DNA of 62,144 nt, filler included, from Porpidia crustulata (taxonomy: Eukaryota), in assembly GCA_964255105.1 (NCBI GenBank). It is 15 parts of 15 records of this genome, joined end to end, with 100 filler letters (N's around TTAATTAATTAA, not from the genome) between each part and the next. Parts side by side here need not be neighbours in the genome. Positions count along the whole stretch, not along the records: positions 49,861 to 53,889 come from CAXUWE010002169.1; positions 53,990 to 58,017 come from CAXUWE010002170.1; positions 58,118 to 62,144 come from CAXUWE010002171.1; 12 more parts are not named here. One strand, given 5' to 3'. Positions 50,994 to 62,144 of the stretch are shown one piece after another. Within the stretch, counting starts at the first letter, position 1. The number at the start of each line of letters is the position of its first letter. The notes below the pieces were generated by a model. The model searched no databases. It was not told where the DNA came from and saw only the letters and a list, made by a program, of their open reading frames with translations. A program made the translations under genes and the position numbers.

Positions 50994-53273
50994 ATGGCTG
51001 ACATTGACAGCACAACAGTTCGTCTTGCGGATTTACTGCGACATCCAGAAGATCTCGACAAAATTTCTTTCCTGAAGTCGGAATTTATACGCAAAAAAGC
51101 TGCCGTAGATGGCCAGCTTAAGCTTGGACTTAAGGAGCAGCTGGAAATAACACAGTCTGGAATGAATGCAATAGGAGATGGACAACGAACTGTCACCCAA
51201 ATCAAGGAGGAGATGATGAAGATCGATAAGCTATGCGCTGAAGCTCAAAACATGATCCGAGACTTTCCTAATATCAATCTTGTTTCTCAGGTCCACAGGA
51301 ATTTTTCACAGGTTGAAAATATGAAGTCAAATATAGAGACATTTGATGTCAGACTTAATGAGCTTGAACAATTGTTGCGGGAGGATGATCAGGACCTTGA
51401 GAATCAACCGAATATCCTTAAAATACACCATGAGCTCACACAGCTGCGGGATATCAGGGACGAAGCCATGTATCAGATCAAAAAGGCTTCTGATGCATCC
51501 CTTGAAGGCACGCTACAGGATCACTTCACGCGGCTTGATGATGTGGTGGACTGGTTCGATGATCATGTTGGCACCGCTTGTATGAATTTGATACCACTGG
51601 TCCAAGCTGACAACAATGCGATGGTAGTGCGATTAGCATTAATCATAGACGAGGAAGAGAAGAGCGATAAGAAGGTCAAGGCGCTCCAAGATGCGCAGCG
51701 AGAATACAAAGAATTGGCTTCGAGGTTCAAGTCAATCACAAGTGGGCCCAAACAGCTGCGAGGTTATAAGGAAAAGTTCATCAAAGCAATCGAATTCTAC
51801 GCGCAAACTCAATTCGAGGGCACATTACAGAGTTTTCTCGAACTGCCGGATAAACTATCGAACCTCATGAAGTGGTACTTTAACGATCTTCACGTGGTCA
51901 AAGTCGGAATGGTTAACCTAATGCCCAAGAAATGGAAGATCTTCAAGATTTACACCAACATTTACCACAAGCTTATGCACGATTGGCTTATCAAACTAGT
52001 CGATGACCCAACGCTCAGCCCTCAGCACATGCTAAGCATTATTGAATGGAGCGAAAAATACTATTCGAAGATGAACAAACTTGGCTGGAGCCAGATGGAG
52101 CTGAAGCCTCAGATCTTGGATGACAGAGAAGGCGAATTGGTTCGAGAATATAGACAGCTGATTGTTAAATCTGTTGATGAATGGATGGACCGTATGTTTA
52201 CTACTGATAGAAGGTCGTTCACCGATCGTAAACCAGATACACTTGATACCGACGAGCACGGGTATTTCCGCACGAAGACCATGGGTGACATGTGGCGAAT
52301 GCTTAGAGAACAAACGCTGGTAGCCGGTAATTCAGGCCGAACTGATGTCGCTGAGGGCGTAATCGATGCCATGTTTCGTACATTGAAGACTCGACAGAAT
52401 ATGTGGCAGAAGATGATAGACGAGGAATCTAGAATACATAAAGACCCATCGAGTGAACATGAAGGCTTGCAAATCCTGCAGGACTGGCTGGTTGCGGTAG
52501 CCAACGACCAAATTGCTTGTATCGATGATAATGAAGATGCAGGTCAACTCAGCTATTTGACACGATTCCGAAGGGACTTCGAGCCTCTGGTCACTCCTAA
52601 ATTCCTAAATCATGCTAGCGCAGAGCTTGATAGCCTACGTGACGGCTTTGTGGATCTCAGTACTCACTGCATCACCAGCTTCGTGTCCTTGATCTTCAAG
52701 GTCGACTTCCGATCCACCGTACCGGAGTTCTTCACCCAGAAATGGTACAATGGCCCCCAGATGAAGCTCATTACCATTACTTTCAGTGATTACATCAATG
52801 ACTATGCCAAGATGCTTCATCATAGTCTACTTGACATTTTTGTCGAAGAGCTTTCTGACGAGCTTCTTGTCCATTACTTATCCTCCGTGCGCAACAAAAG
52901 TGTCAAGTTTCGTCGATCTGATCCTTTTACCGAAAAATTCAAGGATGACGTCGTTACAGCTTTTGATTTCTTCAAGGGTTTGAATTCTAAAGAGGAATTG
53001 TCAAGTCTTATTTCGGTAGATTTCGCATCTATCAAGCAGAAATGGCGGGTTGTGGACTACCTTGTCCGGCTACTGGAGGCGGATAAGATAGGTGTGGTAG
53101 GTATATATGAAGCATTCAAGAGGGAATATTGGGATGTACAGATGACTTGGGTGGAAAGCGTGCTGAGAACGCGCGATGATTACGACCGCGGTCTGCTAGG
53201 CAGTGTGAAGACCAAAGCGAGTGAAGTCTATGTCGAACGAGGTCCAGAGACTATCATGAGCAAAGTCAAGTGA
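50994..53273 (+). CDS. SEC6: Exocyst complex component Sec6
   Basis: 759-aa intronless ORF: LADLLRHPEDLDKI...RKKAAVDGQLK, WLVAVANDQI, C-terminal RGPETIMSKVK. Confidence 0.95.
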   Translation: MADIDSTTVRLADLLRHPEDLDKISFLKSEFIRKKAAVDGQLKLGLKEQLEITQSGMNAIGDGQRTVTQIKEEMMKIDKLCAEAQNMIRDFPNINLVSQVHRNFSQVENMKSNIETFDVRLNELEQLLREDDQDLENQPNILKIHHELTQLRDIRDEAMYQIKKASDASLEGTLQDHFTRLDDVVDWFDDHVGTACMNLIPLVQADNNAMVVRLALIIDEEEKSDKKVKALQDAQREYKELASRFKSITSGPKQLRGYKEKFIKAIEFYAQTQFEGTLQSFLELPDKLSNLMKWYFNDLHVVKVGMVNLMPKKWKIFKIYTNIYHKLMHDWLIKLVDDPTLSPQHMLSIIEWSEKYYSKMNKLGWSQMELKPQILDDREGELVREYRQLIVKSVDEWMDRMFTTDRRSFTDRKPDTLDTDEHGYFRTKTMGDMWRMLREQTLVAGNSGRTDVAEGVIDAMFRTLKTRQNMWQKMIDEESRIHKDPSSEHEGLQILQDWLVAVANDQIACIDDNEDAGQLSYLTRFRRDFEPLVTPKFLNHASAELDSLRDGFVDLSTHCITSFVSLIFKVDFRSTVPEFFTQKWYNGPQMKLITITFSDYINDYAKMLHHSLLDIFVEELSDELLVHYLSSVRNKSVKFRRSDPFTEKFKDDVVTAFDFFKGLNSKEELSSLISVDFASIKQKWRVVDYLVRLLEADKIGVVGIYEAFKREYWDVQMTWVESVLRTRDDYDRGLLGSVKTKASEVYVERGPETIMSKVK

Positions 53274-53794
53274 GACATCCGCAAAGCATTTATAGCTCAC
53301 CCTTGGACAACGAAATAAGTTTCTGGGTCAGATCGTCTGGACCTAGAGAACCTTCGAACACCGGCGTCATCTATGAAACGGTCGACTGGTATGCCATCGT
53401 ACGGCGGTGCGACGTTCAGCGTCACAAAGTCCCTCATACGATGCGCACGATCAGGTCACGCCGTTTCCGCAGGTTGCGAGACCTTTGCGACCTTTCGAGG
53501 TACAAGATAGCGACGAAGGATAAAAAAAAAGTAATGAAGGTTGAAGAAGACGGTCGGGACGTATCCTTACTCGGTGCCTTTCGTGATTATGCGACTTAAG
53601 CGGGCCGTGCCAGTCTGACAGATCTCTCGATATTTCCGCAAGGGCCGCTTTACGCGACGACTTGGAGGCGTAGCAATTGTTATATACGCGAGAAGACATA
53701 AGAAGCCATTTTCGGACATGTCCGGAATCCATCATTGGCTATAGTGTTCTGCCAGCCTTCGTTGTTTGGCCCGAACGGTAACTACAAGCCAGCC

Positions 53795-53889
53795 ATGTGG
53801 TCTGCGGCATTCACCATCATATTTTTCTCGACTCAAATCCTCACAGCTCTCGCCCTGCCCTCCGACCTGCAGTCCGGCTCCTCATCCCC
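53795..53889 (+). CDS. N-terminus of a secreted protein (signal peptide only, 3' partial)
   Basis: GCCATG context; MWSAAFTIIFFSTQILTALALP has a typical ALA|LP cleavage site. Confidence 0.5.
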
Positions 53890-53989
53890 NNNNNNNNNNN
53901 NNNNNNNNNNNNNNNNNNNNNNNNNNNNNNNNNTTAATTAATTAANNNNNNNNNNNNNNNNNNNNNNNNNNNNNNNNNNNNNNNNNNNN

Positions 53990-54533
53990 CCACAAGCTTC
54001 TCTTGATACAAGCATGCGCCGCCCCCTTTTATGCAATTCAACTCCTCGTCGATCTCGTCTGCGCCGTCGAACGCCACGTCTATCAACACGCCCTTGGGTA
54101 AGGAGTCGAACCGGATGTCTTTCAGCCCGGCGTTCGTGATGACCTGCCGCGATTGGTAGCCGGTAGGGACGTAGCTGATCTCGGAGATTTCGGGATTGGT
54201 TTTGGCGAGGGCTTGGATTGCTTCGACGACGTAGACGATGGTGCTGCCGGAGCCGATGCCGACGTATCTATAGTGGGGGGAGAAGTGGTCGGCGACGGCG
54301 CGGCGGGCGGCGTTGCGTTTGGCGGTTTCGATGTCGACCATTTTTGGGGAAGAGGTGTGGATTACTGAGGTGAGTCGGACGTGGCCAAGGTGTAGGGTAG
54401 GCTGGTATATGGAGAGGGGGAGCTTAGGAGCTCCAATGCATCTTCCTGGTATTAGCGAGCGGGTTGAGGCGGAGGGATTCGTGGAGTACCTGAGTGATCC
54501 AGAGTTGGCGGTTGATAGTTTAGACCTTAGCAT
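53990..54533 (-). CDS. RKI1: Ribose-5-phosphate isomerase A (3' partial); in-frame ATGs at 54533 and 54341
   Basis: IETAKRNAA, VGIGSGSTIVYVV, PTGYQS, DVAFDGADEID, IKGGGACLYQEKLV. Confidence 0.95.
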
Positions 54534-54816
54534 TCAGGGACCGTTGGAGCAGAAGTGTAAGATTTACTCCATGTAATCAGCATGGGTGATAAGCTTAATT
54601 GAATAGACATTCATTGACCATAATTCTGTTCTTCTACCACAATTACCATACGAAAGAAGAGAGGTGAGAGGCGGGGTGTTATGGTGGGGTTCAATCAGCC
54701 TTACAAGGCGACAGCTCCTGCTGTTAAATAGCATTTGGACATGGTCACTATTCTGGTTGGTCTTCATCATCTTTGCCTAGGGAATCAAGCAGCACAGTAC
54801 CTACAAAAAGGGTGCC

Positions 54817-56614
54817 ATGTCCGCACGAGCGACGACGCCCCCAATACTACAGGGTCCTACCGCGAAAGAAAAGAAATATGACCGACAGCTCCGTCTATGG
54901 GCGGCCAGCGGCCAGCAGGCGCTCGAGGAGGCGCATGTGCTACTGCTGAACTCGGGTCCTGGCGTTGTCGGTATCGAGACTCTCAAGAACCTGATACTAC
55001 CAGGGATTGGCCAATTTACTATTGTTGACGGACGGGAAGTGAGAGAAAGCGATCTGGGTGTCAACTTTTTCCTCACAGACGAACGCCTTGGACGGTCGAG
55101 GGCGCAGGAGTGCTGCGCATATCTTAGTGAGCTCAATCCGGAAGTCAAAGGACACGCTATCAAGTCGGTGAGGAGATCATGTGCCTCGACACTTTCGAAA
55201 TGGCTAATGCTTTGCAGTCCATAGAACAGTTTGTTGCTGAGATAGAAAAGTGGACAGAATACACCCTAGTCCTTCTTGTAGGGCCTTCGAATTCGCCAAA
55301 AGTCCTCGAAAGGCTATCTGAACATGCCACGAACAAATCAATACCGCTCTTCTACATTCACTCTGTTGGCTTCTACTCTCAATTCTCCGTACAATTGCCC
55401 GCGAAATTTCCAATTGTTGATACCCACCCAGATCCTGTTTCCACGCAAGATCTCCATCTCCTAAACCCTTGGCCAGAGCTACTTGATTTCTTGAGAACGA
55501 AAACACAAGATCTTGATTCATTATCGCATCACGAGCACAGCCACGTTCCCTACCTTCTTCTACTACTATACTTTTTAGATAAATGGAAAGCTTCTCATGA
55601 TGGTAAACCACCTGCGTCTTATCAAGAGAAGAAGGCTTTCAAGATTATGGTCGAGGATGGAGCGCGGATGGATAATGCAGAAGGAGGAGAAGAGAATTTT
55701 GACGAGGCAGCAGCAGCTGTACTAAAGAGTCTAAACCCACCCTCAATATCCAGCGGGTTGAGAGAGGTCTTGGAGTCGGAAGACGCAAAGGATATCAACA
55801 AAGAGGTAAGGTATCCAAGAATGACGTTGGTCGCCGAGCTAACAAGGTGGAGAAGTCGCCCAATTTTTGGTTGATCACTCATGCTATTCATGAGTTTTTC
55901 TTAAAACATGGTGAGCTTCCATTACCTGGAGCGTTACCGGACATGAAGGCACAATCTGCAGACTATGTCAAATTGCAAAATATTTACAAAGCAAAAGCCA
56001 GAAAAGATATTGCCGAGATATCGGAGACAATCCGCTTGATTGAGAAACGACTGAACAGGAAAGCTGTAGAGGATAGAGAAATTGAAGCTTTCTGTAAAGG
56101 CGCCGCGTTCGTAAAGTTGATACATGGTCGGCCTATTCGAATTGCGAGCAAAAACTCTGGGAGATCGATGGACAGCTACCTACATCAGTGGAACGATAGA
56201 GCGAAATATATGTGCCAAGAGCTGCAAAGCGAGGAGTCTCTCATGCCGATATATATCGCATTCTTGAGTTACGACTGGGCTATAGAACAATTGGCTATCG
56301 CGGGAGGAGAAGACACCGATGAATCCCAGAAAGAATACGAAGATTCAACATCAGATTATCATCAAGAGCTCCTGGAATATGTTAGGACTTTGGCCAGTAG
56401 CGATCTCGACGGGTCCGCGACGCTCGTGCAGCTTGATGAAGCGGCTAAAGAGCTATTTCGAGCACGCGGTGCTGAACTTCACAACATTTCGGCGTTGACG
56501 GGCGGCATGGTGGCGCAAGAGGTCATCAAGGTCATCACGAAGCAATACATTCCCATAGACAACGTTTGTGTTTTCGACGGTGTCTCGAGTAAAACTGCGG
56601 TTTTCCGGATCTGA
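54817..56614 (+). CDS. ULA1: NEDD8-activating enzyme E1 regulatory subunit (APP-BP1), 3 exons
   Basis: KEKKYDRQLRLWAASGQ, ETLKNLILPGIG, HSHVPY, LPLPGALPDMKA, ELHNISALTGGMVAQEVIKVITKQYIPIDN. Introns ~55168-55217 and ~55806-55855. Confidence 0.95.
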
Positions 56615-59392
56615 AAATGCCACACAACTGGTATGTTCATCATCTTTGCTGAGTGGGCTCACTCGATTGATTATCTACACACATTGCGACAAGGCATCAT
56701 CCTGAGGTAAGAGGGCCAATTCTAGATCCCGAAAACTGAATCAATGCGCTGGCTGGCCTGATAGTAGAGATGAGGAGTTCGATCGTCTGTAGATCTGGCC
56801 AGGGTCATAGAAGATTCATGATGAGCATAGCGCCTGGAGTTCATTATCTGGGATATACGGTACTAAGATATGAAAAACATAAACGCACTACACATAGATA
56901 CCTCGGAGAAGTGTGCATCCTTTCACAAGGTAGACTTCAGAGGTTGATAGGAAAACCAGTTTACTATCCCTCACTATGCCTCTCTTGCCTGTGCAAGCTG
57001 TTCTATTTTCAAATTCATCATTTGTTAAATCTCCGTATCTTAATGCTAGACTTGTGTGTTGCTTCACACCGTGGAGTCGCTTGGCTGGGAGTTTCCGAAA
57101 TTCATATTGCCATTTATTCGTCGAATCACTTCCATGGAAATCCGTCAATACGCCTTCACAAAGAGACCACTCTCTCTTAAACCACTTCTTGCTCATCCTC
57201 CTACTTACAATGTTCCCAAAAACATCCACCATTCCAGCGCCACCGCTTCACCCATCACCCAACACCCCTCAGTCTCCACAACAGACAGTCTATGCAAACC
57301 TCCCATATTCATGCGAACTCACCACGACACGTGAACCAATGACCCACGATCCATCCCCGTCACCAAAATAACCGACCCACAAAGAACCCTCGGAGTCTCA
57401 GCATAGCTTCAAGTCTTCTCAATACCGCACTTCACACCCTTTTTACCACCACGAAACATAGTCGCGAATCCCGCGATCCCAACCAACCACCTACCAGGTT
57501 CCAACGTCTCGCTTTCCGAAAAAAAGGACAACGTCATAATCAATGTAACCACAATCACACCACCTATCTTCGCCACAGCAACACAGATAACGTGTCCTCA
57601 TTCACCAGACCCAACCCCGCAAGAAACAACGCAGGATTTAAACACCTGTCCACCGCATGTCGCAACAGCCCGCATCGGGACTAGCGTCCGGCCCAGCTCA
57701 GCCTCGTTTCACACCTCGACTCCAAACATTCCTACAACTATTTCGAAACAACAACCCACGTGTTGAAACCACGGCAAAAGTGGTTATGTTACCATTCCAC
57801 GGCGCGGATGTTTGTGTGTTAAACATAGTCGATACAATCGCGTTTGGTGGGTATATTGATAGATTGGGGATTCTTTTCTCTGTTGGGGTTTATGGGAAGG
57901 GGATTTGATGTGGTGTGACGTTTTGGAATTTAGGAACTTGGGTTCTGTGGGTTTGTGTGATATGTTCATGGATACGTGATCCGGTCCGCTGGGGGGGGAG
58001 TTGAAGATTATATAACCNNNNNNNNNNNNNNNNNNNNNNNNNNNNNNNNNNNNNNNNNNNNTTAATTAATTAANNNNNNNNNNNNNNNNNNNNNNNNNNN
58101 NNNNNNNNNNNNNNNNNGGGTAGTTTGTGTTTTGGGGTTCAGGATCGATGGTATTAGATATATAATAGAGGGGGTTGCTTCGGTTTGTTGTATAGGATAT
58201 CATCGTCATCGTCAAGAACTAGATAATTTCGGAGATGTTGGAAAGAAAGATGGAACGTGAGGATGCAAATTGCATTGAGTGAGTAGGATCTCATGACCAC
58301 ATGGATACTGAGTTTTGTTTCTTGGATTTTTAAAGATGATCATCTGGCTTGTCGCGCTCGTGCGGCTTGTAATCGTTCAAAGTACGACATCATTTCCTTT
58401 CAAGTCAATGATTTCTGTTAGGATTATCAGTCGGTGATGTTTTTAATGTCTTGCTTTTGGATATAGGATTTTTGAGGTTATTACAGTCTAAATGGACGAA
58501 AGGAGTTAGATACCTAGACTCTGGAGATTCCTCAAGGTCAAGGAGGTTGGATCCGATATTTGATATGATGCAGTATGCTTGCATATCGAGATCTAAGGGG
58601 GAGATACGCATATCCATATGCTGTCGGCGAATCAATCAGCTAGGTGATGCCAAAGGCGTCGTTCAGACCAAAGTGTCTCGTCGAGGCTCAACCAAAAATC
58701 GGTAATTGAAGTTGGTCATCCACCACTTCCAGCCTAATTCCCTCTTATCATTCTAATGCTTCTTCACACAAAGTTCGTAGCTTTGCACGGATTCAATTCC
58801 ACGCCTTGTAATCAGTCCGTAGATTGATAAGAGAATTGGTCATGGCGACGTGCATCGGTTTGTCGAATAAATGATTCATTGCTTACAGATCAATGCGATC
58901 GCGTGTAAGGGTAGGTGAGTAGCAAACGGTTGAGCGTTCACAAGCGTACGTATAAAAGTCTGACTAGAAGTTTTGAATGCATCACGGACAAGTCGCTCAA
59001 GCCAAAAGCGTAGACGGAATAGCGCTTCTCGGCGATACGTCTACCTTCTTCAAGGCTCTCCAATTCGTTGCAATCATAGATATCTGGAGTAAACCATGCT
59101 GACTGTTTTACAGTCTGTGCGCACTGTCTTTTTCAATGTTTTTGTTCACCAAAGTCTGTATCCTCGTGACTATATTAATCTGACCGCACTGCTGTTTCGG
59201 TCCTACCAAAGCTCTGAATCATGAATAGGGAGTTGCTAATTTGCATCAAGAAGAGCTGACAATGAAAACGTTGGATGTAGGATTTCGCTGTCCTGTTGAG
59301 AGCATATTCTGGAGCTATTACGCAGCAACGAGCCATAGAACGCCAAAACCCCCTTTAAGCCCTAACCCTAGCCTAGCGGGTGTAGATATCAG

Positions 59393-59430
59393 TATCTTAT
59401 CTCATCTTATCTTATCTAATCTTATCTAAT
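59393..59430 (-). promoter_or_regulatory. Tandem (TTATC)n GATA-site cluster upstream of the beta-lactamase-fold gene
   Basis: tatcttatctcatcttatcttatctaatcttatctaat contains four AGATAA sites on the minus strand, ~215 nt upstream of ATG 59646. Confidence 0.45.
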
Positions 59431-59645
59431 TAGGCAACAACACTTCTAATGAATACCTATTTCTTCAGAACAACTCCCACAAAGTGGTGGAGGAGGTTAG
59501 AAATTGATAATACGAGGGGCAAGACCACGAAACAAACCTCTCAAATGTCAGCATAAAGTAACGTTGGACTCCAAACCGTGTTTCGAGGCTGATCGAAGAG
59601 CTATCAACAATCGGGTCGCCTCCGTGAAGAGGCTCGCTTGCTGAG

Positions 59646-61557
59646 ATGCCGCTCCATCTCCTGCATACACTGTGGTGCTTGCTGTTTGTCTCTCAAACGC
59701 TTGCGGCGTGCTCTCAGCCGACTCCAGCGTTTCCATTGCCTGACTACACAAAGCACAAACCAATCGTTCTGAAAGCATTGCAGAAGATCCAGAATGAGCT
59801 TGAACTTATCATTGCAGACAAGGCGTATGACACGACGTCATTCTCCATCGAAGCAACTTCGTCGAAGCAAACATTATGGACAGGCTTTCATACGGCTAGA
59901 GAACGAGACCCAGTACGCCCAGGTACGGTGGAGGTCAATGGTAGCAGCGCATACCGAATTGCCAGTATCACCAAGACTTTCACCACCCTGGGCATACTCC
60001 AGCAACATGCTGCAGGTCACCTTAATCTAGACCACTCGATCGACACGTACCTGACTGAGCTCAGAGGCCCACAGAGCGGCAGCATCCCGTGGAAGGATAT
60101 TACGCTGAGATCGCTGGCCAGTCAGCTCAGTGGCCTACCTCGAGAATGTGAGAGGGGCCTCATATAATCCCGCTTTCCTAGCTAATCCCTCAAAAGGGCC
60201 ACGAGGCGATATTTTAAGAGGACCACTTGATCCCATCGAGCTGGGCTTGCCGCCTCCGAAAAATACCGCCTCCCTTCCACAATGCTACGCTGATGATGAG
60301 AACAAACCTTGCTCGGAAGCTGGTAACTCTCGGTCTTGCCTCATTTCTCCTCAGCTAATCTTGCAGACCTGATCACGGCTGTCAAAAAAATGAAACCTCT
60401 TTTCGCTCCTAATGCCAAATCTACATACTCGAATGTTGCCTTTGAGCTCCTCGGTCTCGTTCTCGCCAAAGTCACTGGGATGCCGTATGAAGAATTCATC
60501 GCGTCCTCCATTCTTGATCCCATCGGTATGAATGCCACGACTTTTGCCGCGCCGGCCGATTCTGTCGCAGTACTCCCAAAGGTAGGTTCATCATCTCGTC
60601 TGAACAAGCTTGCGATCCGGGCTGACGAGTCCCGTGCGCACTCAAACCCCTTCACCAAAGAGCCTTTCCTTTTTCATCTGTCTCTGATCCATTTCTAATC
60701 CTTTCTAGAACGAATCGTGGTACTTTTCCGTTGATGAAGGCGTGCAAAACCCCACCGGCGGTCTCTACTCCACCTCATCCGATCTCTCCCTCTACCTCCG
60801 CTACATCCTGACCCATTACAACGGCCTACATACAGGCTTCAACTGGCTGCAGCCAGCCTCCTTCTCCACCGGCTCGTCGTCCTACTACGGCATGCCATGG
60901 GAGATCTACCGTACCCCAGCCCTCTTTCCCCTTCGGTCACTCCCCGTAACATTCTTCACCAAAGGCGGCGCATTGCCCGGCTACGTCAGCATCATCGCAC
61001 TAGCGCCTGAGTACGATCTAGGCATCACGATCCTTGTTGGCGGGAACGCGACGCTATTGCCAAAGTTAGGCGAGACAGTGAGCGTACCGCTTATCGAAGC
61101 GGCCGATGAAATCGCCGGGCTAGAACTCAAGGACCGGTATACCGGCACGTACACCACGACCGAGCTGAATTCAACGCTCACCCTCGCTCACACACCGGCC
61201 AAGGGGCTGTACGTCGACAGATGGATCAGCAACGGCACGGACATCTTCTCCTCGCTGTCGCAAATCTTTCCGGGCCGGATGGACGGCGGGACGCGGCTGC
61301 AGCTCGTGCCGACGCTACTGTATGTGGATGAGGAAAGGCAGAGTGGGGAGCGGTGGCGAGTTCTGCTGGTCCCGGCCGAGCGGCGAGAGAGTATGGGTGT
61401 TTGGGATGATTTCTGCATGACGGATATGTCTATTGGGATGTATGATGGACAGCCGTTGATTGAATTCGTGTTTTGGGAGGAGGAGGTGGAGTTGATCGCG
61501 TTCAGGATTCGGTTGGCGAAGGTCAAGGTGGAAGGTTTGGTGGTGCAGCAGGTTTGA
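59646..61557 (+). CDS. Secreted beta-lactamase/transpeptidase-fold serine hydrolase (alkaline D-peptidase-like), 4 exons
   Basis: Signal peptide, SxxK (IASITK), LASQLSGLPR, YSNVAFELLG, NPTGGLYST, FTKGG. Confidence 0.9.
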
Positions 61558-62144
61558 AATGTGCGAACCCCCGGGCCGGAGGCGTAGTGCTGGATGGTGA
61601 AGCAGTAGGAATGGTTGATGTTTCTGTTCACTACTCATCAAGTTTATTTATGTTGATTGTGACGTTCTTATTTATTTCATTTTTTGGAATTAAACTCTGG
61701 CAACCTATTCTTTAAAAATATCCATCCATCTATCTATCCAGATACACTTGAAACGAATCACGGAATTCAAACCAAAAAAAACCACCAGCAGCAGTATGAC
61801 GAAGGTTGACAGAACCTGGGTTCAACCCCATATCTCAACATTACAGGTCCAAAGGGGGGACATCATATCCATCCCGCCGATGCAATCCACCTCTCTCTCT
61901 CTCTTTCTCTCGAGAGAGAACTCATCAACCTCGCGAGAATCCACGCAAGATTTTCTCACTTAGTTAGTTAGATATGATACAATAACTCATCTCTTTTTCT
62001 TTCCCTTCCTTTCCTTTCCTTTAGACAACGTGGGATCGTTACTTGGGAAGGATTAGGAAGAGAAAGTTTGTGGAGATGGTGAGGGGGATGAGGGGGGTTG
62101 GTGGTTGAAGTGTATAAGACGATGGATGTAAGTTGGAAGAGGGT

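Noticed and set aside
4088..58117. Regularly spaced TTAATTAATTAA palindromes as a biological repeat or CRISPR-like array
   Set aside because: Each is embedded in 44-N pads. It is a synthetic six-frame-stop contig linker.

Overview
Filamentous ascomycete (Pezizomycotina) nuclear DNA, possibly from a lichen-forming fungus (inference). The window is not one locus. It is 15 unlinked contigs of steadily decreasing length (4087, 4071, 4067, 4066, 4064, 4058, 4055, 4043, 4041, 4039, 4038, 4031, 4029, 4028, 4027 nt) joined by artificial 100-nt linkers (44 N + TTAATTAATTAA + 44 N), so gene neighbourhood is only meaningful within a contig. Core genes: MSH4, RSA4, a PCA1-type P1B-ATPase, RAD2/XPG, HAM-8-like, FMP32-like, LIP2 (fragment), HAM1-like, SDS3-like, HEM12, FCY1, YDJ1, MRPL33, SEC6, RKI1, ULA1 and a secreted beta-lactamase-fold hydrolase. 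Accessory or unusual content: a frameshifted Zn-finger/ankyrin/DYW-SsdA-like deaminase; a PNP_UDP-domain gene with no visible NACHT; a tandem-domain Cys-rich secreted protein; a contig carrying two intronless bacterial-looking genes (GT4 glycosyltransferase and a secreted HExxH DUF4157-like protein); a short strand-coordinated G->A patch that inactivates an MFS gene; and recurrent C-rich to G-rich strand-skew switch points that are independent of gene orientation and coincide with most contig ends. All family assignments come from motif recognition; no database search was run.
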